Assembly: GCA_964572725.1 (NCBI GenBank)
Contig: CAZNFW010000004.1
Coordinates: forward strand, 26,373 to 90,372
Direction: 5' to 3'
Length of the DNA stretch: 64,000 nucleotides
Origin: an uncultured Melioribacter sp.
Lineage (GTDB): Bacteria > Bacteroidota > Ignavibacteria > Ignavibacteriales > Melioribacteraceae
The notes beneath the pieces were generated by a model. It was not told the DNA's origin and did no database searches. It saw nothing but the letters and a program-made list of their open reading frames with translations. Position 1 is the stretch's first letter. Each line of letters starts with the position of its first letter. Position numbers and translations under genes: made by a program. Below are positions 10,239 to 20,047 of the stretch, in pieces.

Positions 10239-10322
10239 CCCCTAATGTGCTAATTAAACTTAATTCCATTGGTATTTATTAATAATTAATTTTATTTTTA
10301 ATCATCATTAATTAATCCAGAA

Positions 10323-12143
10323 ATGAAAGAAACAAACAAATATAAAATTGGATTACTCTCTGATAAGATTGATATACAGAAAATCATTAATCATTATAAA
10401 TTGACCTTTGCTTTTTTACTGCTTGGATGGACTATTGTCATAATTTTTTTTCTTTTGTGGAAAATATCTGAGCTCAATTCCACTCACCGTGAATTAATTT
10501 TGAATGAAGCTCGAATCCTTGCAGAACGCGACACACTTTATACAAACTGGGTTTTATCCCACGGCGGTGTTTATATAAAAAATGATAAAAATAATCTTAA
10601 CTTTGTTTCGCCTCCTTTAATATTTAAGCGAATGCAACCTCAATTAAAAGACAATAATAAGTTGATAATAAAATTAACTTCTTATAATTCCGACAACCCT
10701 GAATATAAAGCTGACGAATGGGAATCAAAATCATTTGAGACTTTCAAGAAAGGAAAAAATGAATTTTATTCCTTTGATACACTTAATAACAAAAAATACT
10801 TTAGATATATCATTCCATTGAAAATTAAAAAAGAATGTTTATCCTGTCATGAAAACGAAAAAATTGGAGATATCAAAGGAGCATACAGCATTGCAATTCT
10901 TTCTTCAAATTATGATAAATATTACAATCATCAACTTAATAACGACATAATTCTTCATGCTTTTATCTGGATTATTGGTTCAATTATCTACATCTTCATT
11001 TTCATAAAGTTGTATTCATATTTGAAAGAAATCCAATTAAGTCAATCTCAGTTTTATGAATTTCTCAATAATTCCCCGATGAGCACATTCATTAAAGACA
11101 GTGAAGGAAATTTAATTTATATAAATAAAATTGCAGAACAATATCTCCCAGAAAAATTCAGAAATGGCAATTGGAAAGGATTAAAAGATTCTGATATTTG
11201 GGGACCTGAAATTGTTCAAAAACTGCGTGAACATGATACTGAAGTTCTAATTTCGATGCAGTCAAAAGTATTTGAAGAGACAATTATAAGCGAAGGTAAA
11301 AAGTATGTATGGTTAACACATAAGTTCCCATTGAAAGATACATCAAATGGAAAAGTTTATATAATTGGTCTGGAGATTGATATAACTGAAAGAAAAGAAA
11401 AAGAAGAAGAAATTAAAAAGTATACCAAACAACTTGAAGAATTAAATAAAAATAAAGACAAATTTATTTCTGTTTTAGCTCATGATTTAAGAGGTCCATT
11501 TACACCCATACTTGGTTACACAGAATTGCTGTTCAGCAGTGCTGAATATCTTACTTATCAGGAAATCAAAGAATACGCACATAGTCTTGATGTAATTGTA
11601 AAAAATCAATTTCAACTGCTTGAAAATGTACTTGATTGGAGTCGTCTTGAAGGAAATAGATTGAAAATTGAACCTAAAGAATTAAATTTATTCGATGAAG
11701 TCAAGAAAGTATTAAATCTCTACCATCCGATTTACAGTGACAAAGAAATTCACATAATTGAAAAAGTAGATCCCGCTTATGAAATAGTTACAGACCAGCA
11801 TTCACTAAATACTATTCTGCGAAATTTAATTTCTAATGCAATTAAGTTTACACCTCGTAAAGGAACAATTCATATTATTGCATCAAAAGAAAATGATGGT
11901 TTTAAAATTAAAATTGTTGATTCAGGTATAGGAATTCCAGAAGAAAATCTACCAAAGATATTTGGCGGTGAATATGGTTTTACGACAAGAGGTACAAACA
12001 ACGAAAAGGGAACTGGACTTGGTTTAACATTATGCAAAGAATTGGTTGAAAAACTTGGCGGGAAAATTTGGGTTGAAAGTCAAGTCGGAAAAGGAAGCAC
12101 ATTTACAATTTATCTTCCAAACTTGAAAATTGAGAATCAATAG
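10323..12143 (+). CDS. Sensor histidine kinase with an N-terminal CxxCH heme-binding (DUF3365/Tll0287-like) sensor domain, TM, PAS, HisKA and HATPase
   Basis: The order is a TM helix, an extracytoplasmic region containing CLSCHE...GDIKGAYSIAI, a second TM, a PAS domain, the H-box SVLAHDLRGP, and the N/G boxes (NAIKFT, DSGIGIP, GTGLGL). Confidence 0.85.
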   Translation: MKETNKYKIGLLSDKIDIQKIINHYKLTFAFLLLGWTIVIIFFLLWKISELNSTHRELILNEARILAERDTLYTNWVLSHGGVYIKNDKNNLNFVSPPLIFKRMQPQLKDNNKLIIKLTSYNSDNPEYKADEWESKSFETFKKGKNEFYSFDTLNNKKYFRYIIPLKIKKECLSCHENEKIGDIKGAYSIAILSSNYDKYYNHQLNNDIILHAFIWIIGSIIYIFIFIKLYSYLKEIQLSQSQFYEFLNNSPMSTFIKDSEGNLIYINKIAEQYLPEKFRNGNWKGLKDSDIWGPEIVQKLREHDTEVLISMQSKVFEETIISEGKKYVWLTHKFPLKDTSNGKVYIIGLEIDITERKEKEEEIKKYTKQLEELNKNKDKFISVLAHDLRGPFTPILGYTELLFSSAEYLTYQEIKEYAHSLDVIVKNQFQLLENVLDWSRLEGNRLKIEPKELNLFDEVKKVLNLYHPIYSDKEIHIIEKVDPAYEIVTDQHSLNTILRNLISNAIKFTPRKGTIHIIASKENDGFKIKIVDSGIGIPEENLPKIFGGEYGFTTRGTNNEKGTGLGLTLCKELVEKLGGKIWVESQVGKGSTFTIYLPNLKIENQ

Positions 12144-12156
12144 ATAAACAGTTCAA

Positions 12157-13842
12157 TCAAAACTCAAGCGTCATTTTCAAGTAAGCATAATTTGTAAAGA
12201 ACGATTTTTCTTTTGTAATGTTTTTTTCAATCAAATAACTGTAATTCAAATCAAAAAATATTTCTCTAAAAGGTTCATAACGAAAACTAAGTGTAAAAAT
12301 ATCTTTATTAATTCTTTCACCATCCAAAAATTTGATATGCTGCGGGTCAACATCTTGTCTGAACGGCTGAAGTGCATCACCGCCGGCATTAAAAACTAAA
12401 TTGCCTAATGCATCATAAATATTTTCACCTGAACGAATATGCTGATATTCAAAATTTCCTCTCAGCTTTTCAGAAAAATTATAAGAAAGTTTGGTATAAA
12501 TTTCGTCTGCATTTGGTCCAATTCTATGACCGAGTAATTCACTGTGTGCTGTGTAAGAATTTTTTATATTGGTATGAGTATAAACATATGGACGAATTTT
12601 TGTATACTCTAAAATGAATGATAAATCACTCAATGAAAATGGTGAATACCAGAAAATACCTATTTGATATGCACTTTTGTTTGAATACAATTCCAAATCC
12701 TGAAGGTGAGAAAGAATATTTTCATCAAGAAAAAAAGTTGCCTGCAGTTCAAGATTTTTAAGGAAGTCTGATTGGAAATCTAAAAAGAGAACGCCGTTAT
12801 CTCTATCCTGCAGCGACATTTCCTCAAACTTATAAAATGCAAAAGGATTCAAGTAAGCAAGGTCAATGCCTCTTCCTGTATAAACAATAGCTTCTCCAAT
12901 TCCTGCTTCAAATAAATTTTTGAATGTAAATTTCATTTTGTTATAAGCATAAAACTTTGTGTAATTAAGAGAACGGTCTTCGTGAAATTCTCCAACTGTA
13001 GTTGCATGCAGAGAAGAGAAATTTATTATTCCATAATTAAAATCCATTTTTATAAAGTCGAGATAAGGATGATCCCCGCTAAGCACAAGTCTGCTACCAT
13101 ATCCATATCCCAATTTTATTTTTTCTCTTCCAATTTGAAATGATAATTTCATTTTATCAATCGGTTCAGTGAAAAATCTTAAGTATCCTTCTGTAAAATC
13201 GTAATTGCTGATATTTTCAATATTTTCATAAAATTTGAAATTATATCTTAAACGCGGGTCAAATGTAGTTGCATAATTTGTTGAACCTGCAACTCCGCCT
13301 TTCTGTACAACTAAATTATAACCAAGTTTATCGAATAGTGTACCGCGAAGTCTAAAGCCAATATCAAATAATTCAGAATTATTGATTTCAGGTTTTAATA
13401 TTTGTCCATGCATAGCTCTGCCCAGCATTTCGAGATATAAATTTGCTTTCTCCTTGCGGTAAGTATAAATGTATTTAATTTTATTTGAAAATATATCTGT
13501 TATATCCTTTGAAAATTTTTCCGAATAACCTAAAAACTGCATTGTATTAGTTGAATCGGCTAATTCATCATAAAATTCATCTTGAAATTTTTTTAACAAT
13601 TTTTTTTCGGTTGCACTTAATAAATTATATTTTGCTTGAATTTCCTCGAGACATTTTCGAACTTCTGCACGAGACATAATTGGATTATCATCATGAATGT
13701 AATTCAATATTTTCTTTACCTTCATCTCTTTCAAAAATATATAGACATTATGATCAACCGGAACATTTTCCTGCTGGGAATAAATAATTAAGGATGAAAA
13801 AAATATAAGCACTGCAACAAAGAAAAATTTTTTCATGGGCAA
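12157..13842 (-). CDS. Outer-membrane beta-barrel protein, possibly capsule assembly Wzi family
   Basis: It has a signal peptide, an N-terminal helical segment resembling the Wzi N-terminus, then alternating aromatic/polar beta-strand patterns ending in ...LKMTLEF. Confidence 0.45.
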   Translation of the reverse strand: MPMKKFFFVAVLIFFSSLIIYSQQENVPVDHNVYIFLKEMKVKKILNYIHDDNPIMSRAEVRKCLEEIQAKYNLLSATEKKLLKKFQDEFYDELADSTNTMQFLGYSEKFSKDITDIFSNKIKYIYTYRKEKANLYLEMLGRAMHGQILKPEINNSELFDIGFRLRGTLFDKLGYNLVVQKGGVAGSTNYATTFDPRLRYNFKFYENIENISNYDFTEGYLRFFTEPIDKMKLSFQIGREKIKLGYGYGSRLVLSGDHPYLDFIKMDFNYGIINFSSLHATTVGEFHEDRSLNYTKFYAYNKMKFTFKNLFEAGIGEAIVYTGRGIDLAYLNPFAFYKFEEMSLQDRDNGVLFLDFQSDFLKNLELQATFFLDENILSHLQDLELYSNKSAYQIGIFWYSPFSLSDLSFILEYTKIRPYVYTHTNIKNSYTAHSELLGHRIGPNADEIYTKLSYNFSEKLRGNFEYQHIRSGENIYDALGNLVFNAGGDALQPFRQDVDPQHIKFLDGERINKDIFTLSFRYEPFREIFFDLNYSYLIEKNITKEKSFFTNYAYLKMTLEF

Positions 13843-13970
13843 TAGAGAATTATTTATGTGTATTCAAATTTAAGAAATAAATTGTGATTAATAACAGCAA
13901 TGAAAAAGTAAATTTAGTTATGCTAAAAAGATTTGTTAAGATTCATCAAAAAACTTGTCAACTTATAATT

Positions 13971-15275
13971 TCATGCATCAACATTTTTAGGTGCAAGAAA
14001 TTTATTGTAAAGAAGCAAACCAATTATTGTAAGTAATCCAATAGAACTAAAAATTATCCAGAGCAGTGTAGGATTTTTAAGATTATCTACAAAATGCACA
14101 TAAAGATTTGCTCCAAGTATTCCGCCAATTCCGCTTCCCAATACACCATATAAAAATGCATAGCCAAGATATAGAGCTTTTTTATCTTCGGGGGCAATTA
14201 GTCCTACATAACTAATAAATTTGGGATGGGCAGTCATTTCTCCAATTGAGAATATGAATATTCCAGTAATAAAAACAAATGGATGAGTTGATATTGCGAG
14301 AATTGCCATTCCTACTGTGCCAAGAGCAATTCCGCCTATCATTGTTGGAAGAGCTTTTTTATTCTTAACAAAATTTGAAATAAAAATTTGCAGAATTATT
14401 ATTGTCCCGGCATTTATTACAGTAACATGCTCAACATCAAATTTCCAATTTGGATTTGAAACAAAAATTGACAGAAACGAATTAACAATATTATTTACAG
14501 GAGTAGTATCAACATAATCTTTTACGTACCAGAGAACCGTATCAAATTGTTGAAAATATAAAATCCAGAATCCCGAATAAATTACAATCATAATCACAAA
14601 CCGAAAATCTCCAAGCACTTTTAACATATCAATCAAAACATTTTTTAATGTTTTAGTGCTCTCAGGTTTTTCTGGTTCTTTATACACAAAAAGATTTAAG
14701 AAAAAAAGCCATCCTGTTCCAACAGCAGCCATTATAAAAATATACTTCCAGGAAATTTGCTTAAGAATTGGAACAAGAATTAAAGGAAATAAAAATGCAC
14801 CCAGATTTATTGACCAATAATAAATTCCAAAAGCAAGTGTAGAATTAGATTTATCTGTTGTTCTTGCTATTGTTCCAGAAATTATTGGTTTGAAAAAGCC
14901 CGCACCAATTGCCATTAAAATCAGGCTAATAAATACAGGAACATAAGAAGCAAATAACGATGTAAGAAAGTATCCCAGACTCATCATTACAAAAGCAAAC
15001 ATTAATGTTTTTCTGTAGCCAAATCTATCTGCTATTGCACCTGAAAGTATCGGAAGAAAATAAAGCAACGGTGTAATTGTACTTTTAATTATACCAACAC
15101 TTTCTTTCGAAAAACCCAATCCTCCTTCGCTTACATTTAAAACAAGATAAACAGATAATACAGACATAACTCCGTAGTAAGATCCGCGTTCAAAAAATTC
15201 CATAACAATTACTGTCCAGAAATTTTTTGAGAAGGATTTAAAGGTGCCGGCTTTAGCAGATGAGCTAAATTCCAT
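13971..15275 (-). CDS. POT/PTR-family di-/tripeptide:proton symporter (MFS)
   Basis: The EFFERGSYYG motif (ExxERFxYYG signature of the POT family) is present, with about 12 predicted TM helices. Confidence 0.85.
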   Translation of the reverse strand: MEFSSSAKAGTFKSFSKNFWTVIVMEFFERGSYYGVMSVLSVYLVLNVSEGGLGFSKESVGIIKSTITPLLYFLPILSGAIADRFGYRKTLMFAFVMMSLGYFLTSLFASYVPVFISLILMAIGAGFFKPIISGTIARTTDKSNSTLAFGIYYWSINLGAFLFPLILVPILKQISWKYIFIMAAVGTGWLFFLNLFVYKEPEKPESTKTLKNVLIDMLKVLGDFRFVIMIVIYSGFWILYFQQFDTVLWYVKDYVDTTPVNNIVNSFLSIFVSNPNWKFDVEHVTVINAGTIIILQIFISNFVKNKKALPTMIGGIALGTVGMAILAISTHPFVFITGIFIFSIGEMTAHPKFISYVGLIAPEDKKALYLGYAFLYGVLGSGIGGILGANLYVHFVDNLKNPTLLWIIFSSIGLLTIIGLLLYNKFLAPKNVDA

Positions 15276-15340
15276 AAATCTCCAATAATTAATGGAAGGG
15301 TAAAATATTATTGATTTTACAGTTTAGAAACATTAAAAAA

Positions 15341-18300
15341 TTACTTTGTAACAAGTTCTTTATCATCAATATGAAGAAGTTCCTTTTCAACTTCACCTAC
15401 TACTACATTGCTTACAGATTTAGTTTTCTCAGATAAGTAAGAATAAATAACAGGGATTACAAACAAAGTTAAAATAGTAGAAAAAATTAAACCGCCAATT
15501 ACTGCAATTCCCATTGAAACACGACTTTCTGAACCAGCACCAAGTGCAAGAGCAATTGGTAAAGTTCCTAATATTGTTGAAAAGCTTGTCATTAAAATAG
15601 GTCTCAATCGTAAATTTGCTGCTTCCTTAACAGCTTCAATTACTGAAAATCCCTGTGCTTTTTTCTGATTAGCAAATTCTACAATTAAAATTCCGTTTTT
15701 TGTTACAAGTCCAATTAACATAATTTGACCAATTTGGCTAAAGATGTTTAATGTTTGATTAAAATACCAGAGAGAAAACAGAGCACCTGCAATTGCAAGT
15801 GGAACTGTAAACATGATAATAAATGGGTCTCTAAAACTTTCAAACTGTGCTGCGAGAGTTAGATATATAAGAATTAAAGCTAAAACAAAAGTAAAAAGAA
15901 GACTGGAAGAGCTTTCGACAAAATCCTTGGAAGCACCTTCAAGAGCAGTTGAAAAATTTTCATCAAGAACTTTTTTTGCAATTGCATCCATTGCTTTAAT
16001 TCCATCTCCAATTGTTTTACCCGGTGCAAGACTTGCCGAAAAGGTTGCGCTTACATATCTATTAAATCTATAAAGTTGCGGCGGATTACTTCTTTCTCTC
16101 ATTGTTATAAGATTATCAAGTTGAATTAATTCACCGCGGTTATTTCTTACATATAATGAAGCAAGATCTACTGGTTTATTTCTATTTTCACGAAGAACTT
16201 GACCAATAACCTGATATTGTTTTCCATTCATTATGAAATAACCAAATCTTTGGCCGCTGTAAGCAAGCTGAAGTGTTTGAGTAATATCCATTGCAGTAAC
16301 ACCAAGTTCTCTTGCTTTAGTTCTATTAATTTCAACTACAATTTCAGGTTTATTGAATTTTAGATTAACATCAATATTTGCAAATGTAGGGTCTTGTTGA
16401 GCTGCTTCAAGAAATTTTGGAACAACTTCTTTTAACTTTTCAAAGTTTGGAGCCTGCACAACATATTGAACAGGAAGTCCTCCTCTTCTTGTTGAAATTG
16501 ACTGACTTTGAATAACGAAGGAACGTGCATCATTTAGTTTTCGAGTTATTCCTGTAATTTGTTCTGCTATTTCCTGTTGAGTTCTATTTCTCTTAGATGC
16601 ATCAGTAAGAGTCAATCTGACAAATCCGCTATTAGCACCACTGGCTCCGCCGCCTCCAGCAGTTACAGAAATTATTGCTTCAGTTTCTTTAATAGAATCC
16701 TGAAGAATTTTTGTCATTTGTAAAATATATCTGTCCATCATTTCGAATGATGTTCCTTCAGGCATTGTGGATTGAACACGAATTTCGCCACGGTCTTCAA
16801 TAGGTGCAAGTTCTGACTGCAGATTTGTACCAATTAAAAAAATTATCCCGATTGAAACAATCATAATAACAAAAGCAAGCCATCTTCTTTTCATAAAACT
16901 TTCAAGCGCATTACGATATGAATCTTCAATCCACTTAAAAAAAGGCTCTGTTTTATAATAGAACCAGCTATGCTTCTCTTTCGATTTCAGGAATCTTGAA
17001 CTTAACATTGGTGTCAATGTGAGAGCTACAAAAGCAGATATTATCACAGAACCTGCAATAACAACTCCAAATTCTACAAACAATCTACCAGTTATTCCGC
17101 GAAGAAACATAATTGGAAGAAATACAGCTGCAAGCGTAATAGTTGTAGATATAACTGCAAAGAAAATTTCTGATGAACCCTTTGTTGCTGCCTCAACAGG
17201 ATTCATTCCCTGTTCTATTTTTTTGTAAATATTTTCAAGAACAACTATTGCGTCGTCGACCACTATTCCAATAGCAAGCACCAATCCCAAAAGTGTAAGT
17301 ACATTTATCGAAAAATTCGCAAGATACATAATGAAAAATGAACCAATTAAAGAAACTGGAATGGCAATTATTGGAATTAATGTAGTTCTCCAATCTCTTA
17401 AGAAGAAAAAGATAATTAAAATAACCAATGCAAATGCAAGCAAAATTGTTTCTTTTACTTCTGCAATTGAATTACGAATGTATTTTGTTACATCGAACCC
17501 GACGCCAAGCTCTACATCGGGGGGCAAATCTTTTTTAATCTGTTCAATACGTTTGTAAAATTCATCTGCTATCTGGATATGATTAGCCACGGGTTGAGGA
17601 ATTATAACAACTCCAACCATTGGAATACCATCTCTTCTTAAAATAGAACGATCGTTCTCAGGATATAATTCTGCATATCCCACATCTTTAAGACGAACAA
17701 TTGCACCATTTGATTCTTTAATGATAAGGTCATTAAAATCATCAACTGTTGACAAGCGGCTTAGAGTTCTTACAGTTAATTCTGTATTATTTCCTTCAAT
17801 TCTGCCGGATGGCAATTCAATATTTTCTCTATTCAAAGCATTTCTAATATCAAGCGGAGTAACACCATGTGCTGCAAGTTTTGATGGATCCATCCACAAA
17901 CGCATGGAATATCTGCGTTCACCCCAGATATTAACCTGACTTACTCCCGGAATTGTCTGTAATCTTTCTTTAAAAATATTTTGAGCAATATCAGTCAATT
18001 GAAGAAGATTCTTTTTATCACTTTTAATATTCAAGAAAACAATTGGGACTGCATCTGCATCAGCTTTAGATATAGTTGGCGGGTCAACATCCAGAGGAAG
18101 ACGTGCACGTGCAATTGATACTCTGTCTCTTACATCATTTGCAGCAGCTTCGAGGTCTACTGAAACATCAAATTCCACAGTAATTACACTTCTTCCATCA
18201 CGACTAACTGAAGTTAATGAGCGAATTCCTGCTATTCCATTAATTTGTTCTTCAAGTGGTTCTGTAATTTGAGATTCTATAACATCAGCATTTGCTCCAA

Positions 18301-18454
18301 CATAGCTTGTTGATACTGTAATTATTGGTGGGTCAATGCTTGGATATTCTCTTACTCCCAAAAAGGTATAACCAATAATTCCAAATAAAACAATTGTAAG
18401 CGACATTACTATCGCAAGAACCGGTCTTCGTATACTTATTGATGATAAACTCAT
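15341..18454 (-). CDS. RND efflux transporter permease (AcrB/HAE family)
   Basis: 1037 aa with the SIRRPVLA N-terminus, a 12-TM / two-large-loop architecture, and the conserved VVDDAIVVLENI segment. Confidence 0.95.
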   Translation of the reverse strand: MSLSSISIRRPVLAIVMSLTIVLFGIIGYTFLGVREYPSIDPPIITVSTSYVGANADVIESQITEPLEEQINGIAGIRSLTSVSRDGRSVITVEFDVSVDLEAAANDVRDRVSIARARLPLDVDPPTISKADADAVPIVFLNIKSDKKNLLQLTDIAQNIFKERLQTIPGVSQVNIWGERRYSMRLWMDPSKLAAHGVTPLDIRNALNRENIELPSGRIEGNNTELTVRTLSRLSTVDDFNDLIIKESNGAIVRLKDVGYAELYPENDRSILRRDGIPMVGVVIIPQPVANHIQIADEFYKRIEQIKKDLPPDVELGVGFDVTKYIRNSIAEVKETILLAFALVILIIFFFLRDWRTTLIPIIAIPVSLIGSFFIMYLANFSINVLTLLGLVLAIGIVVDDAIVVLENIYKKIEQGMNPVEAATKGSSEIFFAVISTTITLAAVFLPIMFLRGITGRLFVEFGVVIAGSVIISAFVALTLTPMLSSRFLKSKEKHSWFYYKTEPFFKWIEDSYRNALESFMKRRWLAFVIMIVSIGIIFLIGTNLQSELAPIEDRGEIRVQSTMPEGTSFEMMDRYILQMTKILQDSIKETEAIISVTAGGGGASGANSGFVRLTLTDASKRNRTQQEIAEQITGITRKLNDARSFVIQSQSISTRRGGLPVQYVVQAPNFEKLKEVVPKFLEAAQQDPTFANIDVNLKFNKPEIVVEINRTKARELGVTAMDITQTLQLAYSGQRFGYFIMNGKQYQVIGQVLRENRNKPVDLASLYVRNNRGELIQLDNLITMRERSNPPQLYRFNRYVSATFSASLAPGKTIGDGIKAMDAIAKKVLDENFSTALEGASKDFVESSSSLLFTFVLALILIYLTLAAQFESFRDPFIIMFTVPLAIAGALFSLWYFNQTLNIFSQIGQIMLIGLVTKNGILIVEFANQKKAQGFSVIEAVKEAANLRLRPILMTSFSTILGTLPIALALGAGSESRVSMGIAVIGGLIFSTILTLFVIPVIYSYLSEKTKSVSNVVVGEVEKELLHIDDKELVTK

Positions 18455-18496
18455 ACTGATTCTTTCTCTTTTTTATCAAACATCTATTTAAGACAA

Positions 18497-19564
18497 TTAA
18501 TTAACTAAATTTAATTTTACTTTAATATTTGGTTTTAATTGAATAATGCCAGAAGTGATTAATGTATCACCTGTTTTAAGTCCATTTAATATCTGAACTT
18601 CTTTTTCTGTTCTAATCCCTGTTGTAACATACTGAGGTACAGCCCTGCCATTACGATAAATAAAAACTTTTTCGCCTTCAAAATCTGGAACAACTGTTTC
18701 AGATGGAACTAATATTGCATTATTAAATTCTTCAAGAACAATATCAATTTCTACATAAGCTCCCGGCGTAAGTTCACCTCTTTCATTTGGAATTAATGCG
18801 CGAGCCTGAACTGTTCTTGTATTCTGGTCTATTTTTGGTTCTACTGCATAAATTTTTCCTGTGTATACTTTGCCTGTTGAAGATGATTTAACATATATTG
18901 TTTTACCTTCCTTAATCAATCCAAAATATTTTTGAGGAACTGAGAAATCAACTTTAATTGGATTAGTATTTTGAAGTGTGGCAATTCTTGTTTGGGGTGA
19001 TATGTAACTTCCAACGCTAACAGAACGAAGTCCAATTATTCCATCAAATGGTGCCCGAATTTCTGTTTTTTCTATTTGTGCTTGTGTAAATTCAATATCT
19101 GCAAGTACAGAATTAAGCTCGCCAAGCGCAACATCATATTCCTGCTGACTTGTAAGATTTTTTTCGAGAAGCTGCCTGTATCTGTATTCTTTATCCCGTG
19201 CTAAAGTTTCGCGAGACTTATTTTTCTTTAATGTTGCTTGAAGTTCTGCATCGTTAATCTTAACAAGAAGTTCTCCTTTTTTAACTTTTTTTCCTTCTTC
19301 AAATAGAATCTGAGTAATCTTGCCAGTAATTTCACTTCTAATTTCTACTTCTTCATTACTCATCAGTGTTCCATTGGAAAAAATTTTATTCTGCAAATAT
19401 TTGGGTTTAATTATAATACCATTTACACTTAATGCTTGTAATCTTGGATTTTGTGAAAGTGTATCATTGTTCTTGTTTTTATTTAATATAAGTTTGGGTA
19501 AAATTAAAACAATTAGTAAAACAAGAATGACAATCCAGATAGAAATTCTTTTTATATTTTTCAT
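18497..19564 (-). CDS. RND efflux periplasmic adaptor (membrane fusion protein)
   Basis: It has an N-terminal anchor, a coiled-coil hairpin, and lipoyl/beta-barrel segments (IRAPFDGIIG). It lies 42 nt upstream of the RND permease. I prefer the start at M11 (MKNIKR). Confidence 0.9.
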   Translation of the reverse strand: MKNIKRISIWIVILVLLIVLILPKLILNKNKNNDTLSQNPRLQALSVNGIIIKPKYLQNKIFSNGTLMSNEEVEIRSEITGKITQILFEEGKKVKKGELLVKINDAELQATLKKNKSRETLARDKEYRYRQLLEKNLTSQQEYDVALGELNSVLADIEFTQAQIEKTEIRAPFDGIIGLRSVSVGSYISPQTRIATLQNTNPIKVDFSVPQKYFGLIKEGKTIYVKSSSTGKVYTGKIYAVEPKIDQNTRTVQARALIPNERGELTPGAYVEIDIVLEEFNNAILVPSETVVPDFEGEKVFIYRNGRAVPQYVTTGIRTEKEVQILNGLKTGDTLITSGIIQLKPNIKVKLNLVN

Positions 19565-19714
19565 AAATAACCTGTTATTAAAAATTAAGTTCAATCAATT
19601 TATAGGACTTTGACAAGTTAAGTTTCCATTTAGATTAATTAATAATAAATAACATCTTAAAAAATGTATTATCTGAGAATTAGAAATGTTGTTTTGAAGA
19701 TGAAAGAGAATTTT

Positions 19715-19828
19715 TTATGTATTTGAATCATTATTTCTGGTTTTAAAAATTTTATAAAAGCAATAATAAACAAGACTAAGAATTGCACCCCATGCAAGAA
19801 ACATAAAAATGTAGCCAGAAGTTTTCAT
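19715..19828 (-). CDS. Candidate 37-aa single-TM miniprotein (not in the ORF track)
   Basis: My own translation is MKTSGYIFMFLAWGAILSLVYYCFYKIFKTRNNDSNT. It has one hydrophobic helix followed by a basic/polar tail. It sits in the 450-nt gap upstream of the RND operon on the same strand. Confidence 0.25.
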   Translation of the reverse strand: MKTSGYIFMFLAWGAILSLVYYCFYKIFKTRNNDSNT

Positions 19829-20047
19829 AGTTCATTAATTTTTTATTAAACAAAAAAATACAAAGTGAACATAAGTATAGTAAGTGAAAGTATCAATATA
19901 AACCAAGCAAAAGAAATTAATAATAAAATTTTCTCGGTATTTTATTTATGTAATGAACTTTTATGTAAATAAACAGTTTGTATACTTAAACCGAATTAAA
20001 AGAATCTCTGTCAAATAACCGATTTCAGTATAAATAAGGTAACTTTT

